Origin: an uncultured archaeon
GTDB lineage: Archaea > Aenigmatarchaeota > Aenigmatarchaeia > Aenigmatarchaeales > Aenigmatarchaeaceae
DNA: 54,195 bases
Reading direction: 5' to 3'
NCBI GenBank assembly: GCA_964348065.1
Contig: CAYGBE010000092.1
Location: forward strand, 1 to 54,195
Shown here: piece by piece, positions 45,009-52,325 of the stretch
Layout: the number at the start of each line of letters is the position of its first letter
Position numbering within the stretch: position 1 is the first letter of the stretch
Notes under the pieces: model-generated
Seen by the model: only the letters and a program-made list of their open reading frames with translations
Told to the model about the DNA's origin: nothing
Databases searched by the model: none
Translations under genes and position numbers: made by a program

Positions 45009-47144
45009 TTAAGACTGAGCCAAAGTTTTTTCTTCTTCCAAAATCTCATGAGATTGCTCTTTAATCTCATCTTCTGATGGAATTGAATAAAAACTTGTCC
45101 CATTTTTTTCTTCTTTTGTGACCAGCCCCTTTTCTCGCATTGTCCTGATCTTCCTAAAGAGCGTAGCTCTAGAACATATGTTTTTTCTCAAAACTTCTTC
45201 TTCCAAGGCTTTTGTTTCTATTGGGCCCTTTTCTTTTATGAGACTGAGAATAAGAGATGTATCAATCTTTCCTAAGGTCTGACCCAACCTTTTTTTGGTT
45301 CCTTCGTCTTTAGTAGCATGAATCTCAGTCTCTATTTCAAACCTGAGATTCCTAAGGATTCTTAGCACTTTACCCTCATAAGATTGCAATTGTTGTTTAA
45401 AATCTTCTTGTAGTTCTATTTGCTTGCTTACTCCATCCTGTATTACTACTATATTGTCTTTGTAAGTGTCTATTTTCTTGTCCAAAGCTAAGAAACATTG
45501 ACCTACAGCTGTTGATAATTTATCGAACTTTTGGTTTAGCTCTCCCACAGAAGAGCCTGTTAAGATTTTCTTATCTAGAACAATTTTTTTACCTTCTTTG
45601 TCTTTTCCCTTTCCTCCAAATAACCTAGCAAAAAGTCCAGGTTTATTTTGCTCTATTGTTTGCCTGATTTGTTCAGAAATTAATTGTTGCTGTTTGGCTA
45701 GCTGTTCTGTTATTAACTTGTCGATTTCTGGAGTGACTTGATCCATTAGCTTAGATGTTTGTGAGGGTACGGTCTGTTCTATTGATTGTTTGATTTGATT
45801 TATTAACTTGGTTGATTGAGATGTTAGTTGATCATCCATTGATCGTTCTATTTCTATGACAATTGGTTCTATAAGTTTGGCTGATTGGGAAGGTACTGAT
45901 TGCTCTATTGTTTGTCTGATCTGCTTAGATATCAATTGTTGTTGTTTAGTGGATTGTTCAGCTATTACTTTTGGGACAACTTGCTCTATTGCTTGTTGGA
46001 CATGTTCAGAAAGCGCTTCTGATTGTTTGATTGATTGTTCTTCTATTAGTTTTGTATATTGTTTTAAAATTGATTTTTTTACCCTTTTAACATAATTAGA
46101 AACAGCCTCTGATTGTTTGATTGATTGTTCTTCTATTGATTGCTCTATTTCTGGAATGACTTGCTCTATGAGCTTGGTTGATTGGGAAGGAAGTGATTCT
46201 TCTATTGTTTGTCTGACATGTTTAGAGACTAATTGCTCTATTTCTGGGATAACTTCTTCTATAAGTTTAGCTGATTGCGAAGGGATTGTTTGCCCTATTG
46301 TTTGCCTTATCTGTTTGGAAATTAACTGTTGTTGTTTAGATGTTTGAGATACTAGTTGATCGGATATTGATTGCTCTATTTCTGGGATAACTTCTTCTAT
46401 CAACTTAGATGTTTGTGAGGGTACGGTCTGTTCTATTGATTGTTTGATTTGATTTATTAACTTGGTTGATTGAGATGTTAGTTGGTCTGTTATTAACTTG
46501 TCGATTTCTGGAGTGACTTGCTCCATTAGCTTAGATGTTTGTGAGGGTACGGTCTGTTCTATTGATTGTTTGATTTGATCTGAAATTGTTTTTGATTGTT
46601 TAGTAGATTGTTTTTTTATTAATTCCTCTATTTCTGGAATGACTTGCTCTATGAGCTGGGTTGTTTGTGAAGGGAGTGATTCTTCTATTGTTCGTCTTAC
46701 CTGCTTAGATATTAGCCGCTGTTGCCTAGTTAATTGTTTTTTTATTAATTGTTCGGGAATAACTTGTTCAGTTTCTTTTTTTACTTTTTTAATTTTCTTA
46801 GGCTTCTTTATCTTTTTAATTTTCTTAGGTTTTATCACAATCTTTGGTTTTTCAACCTTTACAACTTTTTTTTCAGGAATTTCTTCTTTTACTTCCTCGG
46901 CCTTAACTTCGGGCATTATTTCTTTTTTCGGTTCTTCAACTTTTTCTACAGGTCTTACCTCTGCTTTTTGTTCAATCTCTGGTTCTCTTTCAAATATGTC
47001 TTCTTTCTTCTCTTTTTCAAAGAGTTCCTTGATTTCTTCCATTTTTTTCTTAATTTTTTCAGTTTCGTCTTCGTCTTTAGATTCTTCAGATTCCTCACTT
47101 TTTTCTTTTTTGTCTTTTTCCCAGAATTTAAGCTTTAGACCCAT
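45009..47144 (-). CDS. Mosaic-repeat protein: acidic/basic N-terminus, about nine 40-aa Gln/Ser/Glu-rich repeats, C-terminal winged helix
   Basis: The repeats have the form VIPEIEQ..Q.TSQSTKLINQIKQSIEQTVPSQTSKL. The C-terminus LILSLIKEKGPIETKALEEEVLRKNICSRATLFRKIRTMREKGLVTKEE is MarR/TrmB-like wHTH. Confidence 0.7.
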   Translation of the reverse strand: MGLKLKFWEKDKKEKSEESEESKDEDETEKIKKKMEEIKELFEKEKKEDIFEREPEIEQKAEVRPVEKVEEPKKEIMPEVKAEEVKEEIPEKKVVKVEKPKIVIKPKKIKKIKKPKKIKKVKKETEQVIPEQLIKKQLTRQQRLISKQVRRTIEESLPSQTTQLIEQVIPEIEELIKKQSTKQSKTISDQIKQSIEQTVPSQTSKLMEQVTPEIDKLITDQLTSQSTKLINQIKQSIEQTVPSQTSKLIEEVIPEIEQSISDQLVSQTSKQQQLISKQIRQTIGQTIPSQSAKLIEEVIPEIEQLVSKHVRQTIEESLPSQSTKLIEQVIPEIEQSIEEQSIKQSEAVSNYVKRVKKSILKQYTKLIEEQSIKQSEALSEHVQQAIEQVVPKVIAEQSTKQQQLISKQIRQTIEQSVPSQSAKLIEPIVIEIERSMDDQLTSQSTKLINQIKQSIEQTVPSQTSKLMDQVTPEIDKLITEQLAKQQQLISEQIRQTIEQNKPGLFARLFGGKGKDKEGKKIVLDKKILTGSSVGELNQKFDKLSTAVGQCFLALDKKIDTYKDNIVVIQDGVSKQIELQEDFKQQLQSYEGKVLRILRNLRFEIETEIHATKDEGTKKRLGQTLGKIDTSLILSLIKEKGPIETKALEEEVLRKNICSRATLFRKIRTMREKGLVTKEEKNGTSFYSIPSEDEIKEQSHEILEEEKTLAQS
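45706..46579. repeat. Long near-perfect in-frame direct repeats inside the 711-aa gene
   Basis: 45751-45830 equals 46405-46484 (80/80, offset 654). 45706-45799 equals 46486-46579 (93/94, offset 780). A further module at 46143-46174 equals 46626-46657 (offset 483). Confidence 0.85.
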
Positions 47145-47261
47145 TTTGATCGTTTTTTCTTTTTATCTTTTTTTCTTGAATATTTATATTGAGCCTTCCT
47201 AGCTCCTCCGCGTAATTTTCCCATAATATTGATATGTAAATACAGTATTAATAAATGTTAA

Positions 47262-48779
47262 TCAAATAAAGTCATCAATATTTTGTTGTTCTTTTTCATT
47301 TTTGTTTTGCATTTCTCTAAGAATTGATTTCATTTTTTTCTCTCTTCTATAAGCAGTCCAAAAATAGCCTTCGTCTCTTGTTCCTTTAGTTAGTAAGAAT
47401 ATTATTTTTCCAACTTTGGTTCTTCCAACTCTTCCTCTTCTTTTAATTGTTCTTATTTCAGAAGGAATTGAATCATAAAAAATAGCAATATCAGCAGAAG
47501 GTATGTGCAAACCCTCTTCTCCAATAGGACTTGTAATTAGACAATTGTAGTATCCTGCATTAAAATCTTTAATAACATCTATCTGCTCTTTTTGTGATAA
47601 CCCCCTTTCTCCAGCCTGACCAATTAAAATAACTGGTCTGCAAATTTCTTGAACCCTCTCATGAATGTGGTGTATGTTGTCTCTGAAATGAGAAAAAACA
47701 ATTATTCTAAAATCTTTATTTTTCCCAAACTCTCTTTCTAAAACTTCTTTTAACTCTGTTATTTTTGGATGTTCTTCAGCTTGCTCAATAATCTCCATTG
47801 CCTTAATAAAATTAAGGTCTTTCAAAACTCTTTTGTCTGACTTGGTTTTCTCTTGTTTAATTTTTTCTAAATAAATTTTTGTGGCCTTTACACTTTGGGT
47901 TTCTAAAAGTTCTAAAACATGCCAAATCTTAATTGCTTCAACTATCAAAGAAATCAAGTAAAACATGTAAGGTTTTCTGTTTGTTGAAATTTGTTTGCTA
48001 ACTTTTTTCTGAGTTTCTAACAATTCTCTTTTAGTTCTAATAAAAAATTTGTATTTTTTTAATTTTTCTAGTCTTTCTTTTAAGCCTGTTTTTAATAACC
48101 CTTGAGCCTCTTTCAGATCTTCAGTTAAATTGACTTTAACAAACTCTGTGTCAATTCCCTTTATATAGGGTTTGACGTCTCCGTCTAATTCTGTTCTTAT
48201 TTCAACAGAATCTATGAAAAGGTTTTTACAAATTTGTTCTATTTTTGTTTTTTCGCTTCCAGGAGAAGCTGTTAAACCCAAAATTCTTGGATGTTTTGCT
48301 TGTTGCATGTAAATTTTTGCAACAAAAGGATAAGAGTATCTTTTAACAGCACGATGAACCTCGTCCACAATCAATAAACTGAAATTAGACAAATCTAATG
48401 TTTCATCCCTTAAATCATGATCCAAGGTTTGTGGAGTCGCGCTTATGATTCTTGCATTTTTATATAAATCAAACCTTTTTCCTGGAGAAATTTTTCCTGT
48501 TAAAAGAATTATTTCTTCTTCTGGAATATTCATACATTCTCGAAAGGTTTTTTGATGCTGAGCACACAAAGGACGAGTGGGTGCTGTTATTAAAACTTTT
48601 GATTCTGGGTATTTTTCTAATCTATGAGCAGCTAATAAAATTGCTAGAGTTGTTTTTCCCAGACCTGTTGGTAAAACACAAAGAGTATTTCTTTTTGAGG
48701 ATGTATTTAGAATAGCTTCCTGGTATCTTCTAGATTCTATAGTTTCTTGTTTTATAAGAGGATGAATAACAAAAGGCAT
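47262..48779 (-). CDS. Hef/FANCM-type SF2 helicase (helicase half only)
   Basis: RRYQEAILNTS, motif I LPTGLGKT, motif II VDEVHR, TASPG and motif VI RRGRVGR. At 505 aa it ends before any ERCC4 nuclease domain. Confidence 0.85.
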   Translation of the reverse strand: MPFVIHPLIKQETIESRRYQEAILNTSSKRNTLCVLPTGLGKTTLAILLAAHRLEKYPESKVLITAPTRPLCAQHQKTFRECMNIPEEEIILLTGKISPGKRFDLYKNARIISATPQTLDHDLRDETLDLSNFSLLIVDEVHRAVKRYSYPFVAKIYMQQAKHPRILGLTASPGSEKTKIEQICKNLFIDSVEIRTELDGDVKPYIKGIDTEFVKVNLTEDLKEAQGLLKTGLKERLEKLKKYKFFIRTKRELLETQKKVSKQISTNRKPYMFYLISLIVEAIKIWHVLELLETQSVKATKIYLEKIKQEKTKSDKRVLKDLNFIKAMEIIEQAEEHPKITELKEVLEREFGKNKDFRIIVFSHFRDNIHHIHERVQEICRPVILIGQAGERGLSQKEQIDVIKDFNAGYYNCLITSPIGEEGLHIPSADIAIFYDSIPSEIRTIKRRGRVGRTKVGKIIFLLTKGTRDEGYFWTAYRREKKMKSILREMQNKNEKEQQNIDDFI

Positions 48780-48800
48780 AAAAATAATTAGATTAGAAAT

Positions 48801-50066
48801 TTAAGAACTTTTTTCTTTCAAAGAGACTGGTGATTCTCCTGCATGCCAGCTCTGTCTTGGTCTAACCTGAATATTAAAAATTCTTTCAGAATTGTCATCT
48901 AATATTAAAGCAGCACCTCTGGTTTTTGGAAGAGCTTGCAGTAATCTTCTTATATTAGACAAAAGGTATGTTTGCATTATGGCTGACAAGGCCTCCACAT
49001 CTGGTTTAGCTGTTAGTCTGTGTGATATAACCAAATCTGCCTGAGCCATTGCGTCCTCATGAATTTTGTTTGGTCTTTGTGTTATTAGAACTAAACTTAT
49101 ACCAGGTTGTCTTCCTTGTCTTAGCAATGTTAACAAATCGCGAGTGGCTGCTGTTTCTCCTTTTTCAGGCAAGTACTCATGAGCTTCATCTATTGTTATC
49201 CAAGTCATGGGAACTCTTTTAATGATTTCTCCTCCCATTAATGCCATCTCCTCTTCTCTTCTAGCAGATATTCTTGCTTGATAGATTTCTCTACAAAGAA
49301 TTCCTATCATTAAGCTTCTAACATGAGTACCTTGAAGAGAAACATCTAAAACAGTTACAACACCTGGTTCAAGAAATTTTTCTATAGATTCTGCCTCTCT
49401 AGAAAAAACACCCCATGCTTTAGCTGTTAAAAATCTATTTACCAAAGCTAATTTTTCTTTTTCATCTGCTCTTTTATCGTTTTCAATTTCATTGATTATA
49501 TCATCTATAGAGTAATTCTTCCCTTTTAATTTTTTTATTATCCTTTCTAACAGAATTCCCAAAGTTTCAAAAAGACTTATATTAAATGACAATCCCCAAT
49601 CCGCAGCTGATAAATCAGAAGGTTTAATTGAAAAAATCCCATCATAGGGAATTTCATATTTTTCATAATATGACTTTATTCCAATTGGTATTATGTTTTT
49701 TACTTCAAAGCCTTTTGGTTTTAAACCCCACTCATTTAATTGCATTAATTGTCTATCATTTGGATTTTTCATTGACCAGAAAATTCCCATTGTATCTATC
49801 AATAAACAAGATAAGTTTTGTTTTACATTTTCTGGCAGTTTTGTTATTTCCTCAGCTATAACTGCTGAAGTATAAGACTTTCCAGAACCTCTTTTTCCAA
49901 CAATAAGCACAACATGAGGTCTTAGAACATCCATTAATATAGGATTAGTTAAATGAAAATCAAAGCCCTTCCCAACAATATGTTTTCCCAAAGATATACA
50001 AGCTTTTTTACCATAAACCCTTAAATCCTCAGGTTCTCTTCCTATCACTATGTCCTCAACTACCAT
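48801..50066 (-). CDS. HerA/DUF87-like P-loop ATPase
   Basis: Walker A VGKRGSGKSYT and Walker B WITIDEAHEY, then GISLVLITQRP. It lies 21 nt upstream of the helicase gene. Confidence 0.7.
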   Translation of the reverse strand: MVVEDIVIGREPEDLRVYGKKACISLGKHIVGKGFDFHLTNPILMDVLRPHVVLIVGKRGSGKSYTSAVIAEEITKLPENVKQNLSCLLIDTMGIFWSMKNPNDRQLMQLNEWGLKPKGFEVKNIIPIGIKSYYEKYEIPYDGIFSIKPSDLSAADWGLSFNISLFETLGILLERIIKKLKGKNYSIDDIINEIENDKRADEKEKLALVNRFLTAKAWGVFSREAESIEKFLEPGVVTVLDVSLQGTHVRSLMIGILCREIYQARISARREEEMALMGGEIIKRVPMTWITIDEAHEYLPEKGETAATRDLLTLLRQGRQPGISLVLITQRPNKIHEDAMAQADLVISHRLTAKPDVEALSAIMQTYLLSNIRRLLQALPKTRGAALILDDNSERIFNIQVRPRQSWHAGESPVSLKEKSS

Positions 50067-50089
50067 GAAAAGAATTTAGTAAAAGTGAT

Positions 50090-50650
50090 TTATATAAACA
50101 AGCCAACAAAAGCTATACCAGTTATTACTAGCCATACTTTCATGTTCCAGAACATAATTTTAGAACCATCCATTGGTGGGATTGGCAATAAATTGAAAAA
50201 TGCTAAGAAGAATGATATTCTAGCAGTTAAGACAAGCAGATATAAAGGATAGATAAAATTCAGCAATAATAAAGAGATCGCCAGTACTATATTAATCAAA
50301 GGTCCTGCAAGACTTATTTTTGCGTACTGTTTTCTTGTTAAATGTGATATTCTAAAAGCAAATTTTTTCTTATAAGGCGTTATGAAAACTGCTCCAGGAG
50401 CAGCAAACACAAATCCTCCTGGAAGTAAGGCTGTTATTAAACCTAAAAAAAGACCTAAAGGCCACATTTTATATGCTGCGTCGCATCCATAATGCTGGGC
50501 TAGGAATTTGTGAGACATTTCATGAGAAAAGAAAACAACTATTACTACAAACAAAGTTATTGGTAATAAATTTATATTAAATGAGCTAAAGATCAAAGCT
50601 AATGCTAAAACTGATATTACCAAGTCTCTTATCTCATTTTTAGTAAACAT
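50090..50650 (-). CDS. M50 (site-2 protease-like) membrane metalloprotease
   Basis: HEMSHKF (HExxH) and NLLPIPPMDGSKI (NxxPxxxxDG) in a multi-TM 186-aa protein. Confidence 0.7.
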   Translation of the reverse strand: MFTKNEIRDLVISVLALALIFSSFNINLLPITLFVVIVVFFSHEMSHKFLAQHYGCDAAYKMWPLGLFLGLITALLPGGFVFAAPGAVFITPYKKKFAFRISHLTRKQYAKISLAGPLINIVLAISLLLLNFIYPLYLLVLTARISFFLAFFNLLPIPPMDGSKIMFWNMKVWLVITGIAFVGLFI

Positions 50651-50685
50651 AAAAATAATTGTTTATTAGAAAGATTTATTATTAA

Positions 50686-51015
50686 CTATTGAGAATTCTC
50701 AAGAAATCTTTTTTTAGCTTTTCTATATGCTTGAGCCCGTGATACATTTTCCTTTTCCATTATTTCTTTTACAACATCTTTTAGTTTTCCATAAATTTTC
50801 TTTCTTGGAAGATGTTTCTTTTTTTGAGATACGTTTTCAGATGTCTTATCTTCTATAATTATTTGTTCAGATATTTGAGACATCTCATTTTTAATAATTT
50901 TTTCTGGTTCTTTTAATTGAGATTTCTCATTTGAAGATGTCTCATTCAAAAATTTATTTATTTTTTCTATATGTTCTTGTGTTTCTCTTTTGTATTTTTT
51001 CCATAACTCTTCCAT
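50686..51015 (-). CDS. Hypothetical Lys/Glu-rich protein
   Basis: 109-aa ORF with an ATG start. No family was recognised. Confidence 0.45.
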   Translation of the reverse strand: MEELWKKYKRETQEHIEKINKFLNETSSNEKSQLKEPEKIIKNEMSQISEQIIIEDKTSENVSQKKKHLPRKKIYGKLKDVVKEIMEKENVSRAQAYRKAKKRFLENSQ

Positions 51016-51162
51016 GATAGAATTTAGTTTAACCTGCCTTTAAAATTTTCTGTTCTTGTTTACCCCATTATTTCTTATAGAAATTTTGTAAAAAATCATG
51101 AAAAAATGCTTAAAATATATTTTTCCATACCTAAATATTTTTAAATAGTGGTATCCATCTAT

Positions 51163-51182
51163 GTTAATCACATGTGATTAAC
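51163..51182. promoter_or_regulatory. 20-bp perfect palindrome GTTAATCACA|TGTGATTAAC, candidate operator
   Basis: It lies between an AT-rich TATA-like stretch (51133-51147) and the ATG at 51210 of the first wHTH gene. Confidence 0.55.
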
Positions 51183-51209
51183 ACATCTGCTAACCTACTT
51201 GGGGTACCC

Positions 51210-51428
51210 ATGAAAAAGAAGAACAACGTTAGAGAAAGAATTATAAAAATTCTTAGAAAACATCCAGAAGGACTTACAACTGTTGAGATCGCTGATAAGA
51301 TTGGGATGAGCAGACATGCTGTGACCAAGTATGTTTATCAGCTTCTAGGAGAAGGTTCGATACTTCAAAGAGAGGTTGGAACAGCCAAACTATGTTACTT
51401 GAAAGGTAAGAAATATGGAAAAAAATAA
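51210..51428 (+). CDS. Small winged-helix DNA-binding protein (paralog A)
   Basis: RERIIKILRKHPEGLTTVEIADKIGMSRHAVTKYVYQLLGEGSILQREVGTAKLCYL. The track start at 51174 is a GTG inside the palindrome, so the ATG at 51210 was used. Confidence 0.65.
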   Translation: MKKKNNVRERIIKILRKHPEGLTTVEIADKIGMSRHAVTKYVYQLLGEGSILQREVGTAKLCYLKGKKYGKK

Positions 51429-51618
51429 TTTTAAAAAAAGAATAATAAGCAATTTAGAAGTGCATCCAGAAGGTCTAACCCTACTTAACATAGCTGAAAA
51501 TACAGGAATCAATAGAATAACTGTTTCTAAATACGTTTTGGGGCTGGTTTCTGAAGGTTTAGTCTCTCAGAGAATAATAGGACCAGCAAAATTGTGCTAT
51601 TTGAGGTCAAGAAAATGA
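51415..51618 (+). CDS. Small winged-helix DNA-binding protein (paralog B)
   Basis: KKRIISNLEVHPEGLTLLNIAENTGINRITVSKYVLGLVSEGLVSQRIIGPAKLCYL is colinear with paralog A. It overlaps paralog A by 14 nt. Confidence 0.65.
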   Translation: MEKNNFKKRIISNLEVHPEGLTLLNIAENTGINRITVSKYVLGLVSEGLVSQRIIGPAKLCYLRSRK

Positions 51619-52325
51619 AATCAACAACAGGAAGAGCCAAAAATTTGATGATTTTCCTAGTAGTTTTTATAATTTCTATTTTTATTTTAAAGCAAGTTGG
51701 AATTGTAATAGCTCAAAACGAGTCTAATATAAGTGGATATGTAATATCTAATGTTTCTAATTTTACTGAAACAATTGATAATTTTTCTTTTAGAAATGAG
51801 ACATTTTCTTTTAATTTTACTGAAAATATAACAGAAAACATTACAGAAAATGTGACTTTAAATGAGACTGAGTTAAATATTACTGAAAATGTTACTGAAA
51901 ATGTTACTGAAAATATAACAGAAAATATTACTGAAAACGTGACTTTAAATGAGACATCTTCAGAAGATTTAATAATAAATGAAACTTTGGAAAATGAAAC
52001 TATTATTCCTAATGAAACAAATGAGACATCTCAAGAACCAGTTATTACAAATTTTGATATTAATCTTATTTATCCTCAGAAAATAACAAGAGGAGAAATT
52101 ATAAATGTAAAAGCAAGTGCAACTAATCTTGGTTCTACAGCTAGAAATGTTGTTCTTATTTGGAAATTACCAGATGATTTTGAAACAATTTCTGGATATT
52201 TGAAAGAATTTTGTGGAACTTTAGAGCTAAATGATGTTTGTAGTTCAGAAATTAGCCTAAAAACTAATTTCTCAACACCTCTTGGGTTAAATGAAATTAA
52301 AGTTGTGGTAAGCTATGAAGCATAA
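51615..52325 (+). CDS. Membrane-anchored surface protein with an N-glycosylation sequon array
   Basis: The ATG at 51615 overlaps the previous stop (ATGA) and follows GAGGT. A TM anchor is followed by NFTENITENITENVTLNETELNITENVTENVTENITENITENVTLNET. Confidence 0.65.
   Translation: MKSTTGRAKNLMIFLVVFIISIFILKQVGIVIAQNESNISGYVISNVSNFTETIDNFSFRNETFSFNFTENITENITENVTLNETELNITENVTENVTENITENITENVTLNETSSEDLIINETLENETIIPNETNETSQEPVITNFDINLIYPQKITRGEIINVKASATNLGSTARNVVLIWKLPDDFETISGYLKEFCGTLELNDVCSSEISLKTNFSTPLGLNEIKVVVSYEA
51813..51956. repeat. 12-nt-period coding microsatellite (ACTGAAAAYRTW-like) encoding N-[IV]-T-E repeats
   Basis: The 144 nt give 12 N-x-T sequons in 48 residues. There is a higher-order duplication of the ..NITENVTLNET block. 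Confidence 0.8.

Noticed and set aside
45700-46700. Regularly recurring near-identical DNA segments that could superficially suggest a CRISPR-like array.
   Set aside because: The repeats are in frame inside one long ORF, vary in length (32-94 nt) and are separated by related sequence rather than unique spacers. They encode a protein repeat. No cas genes are nearby.
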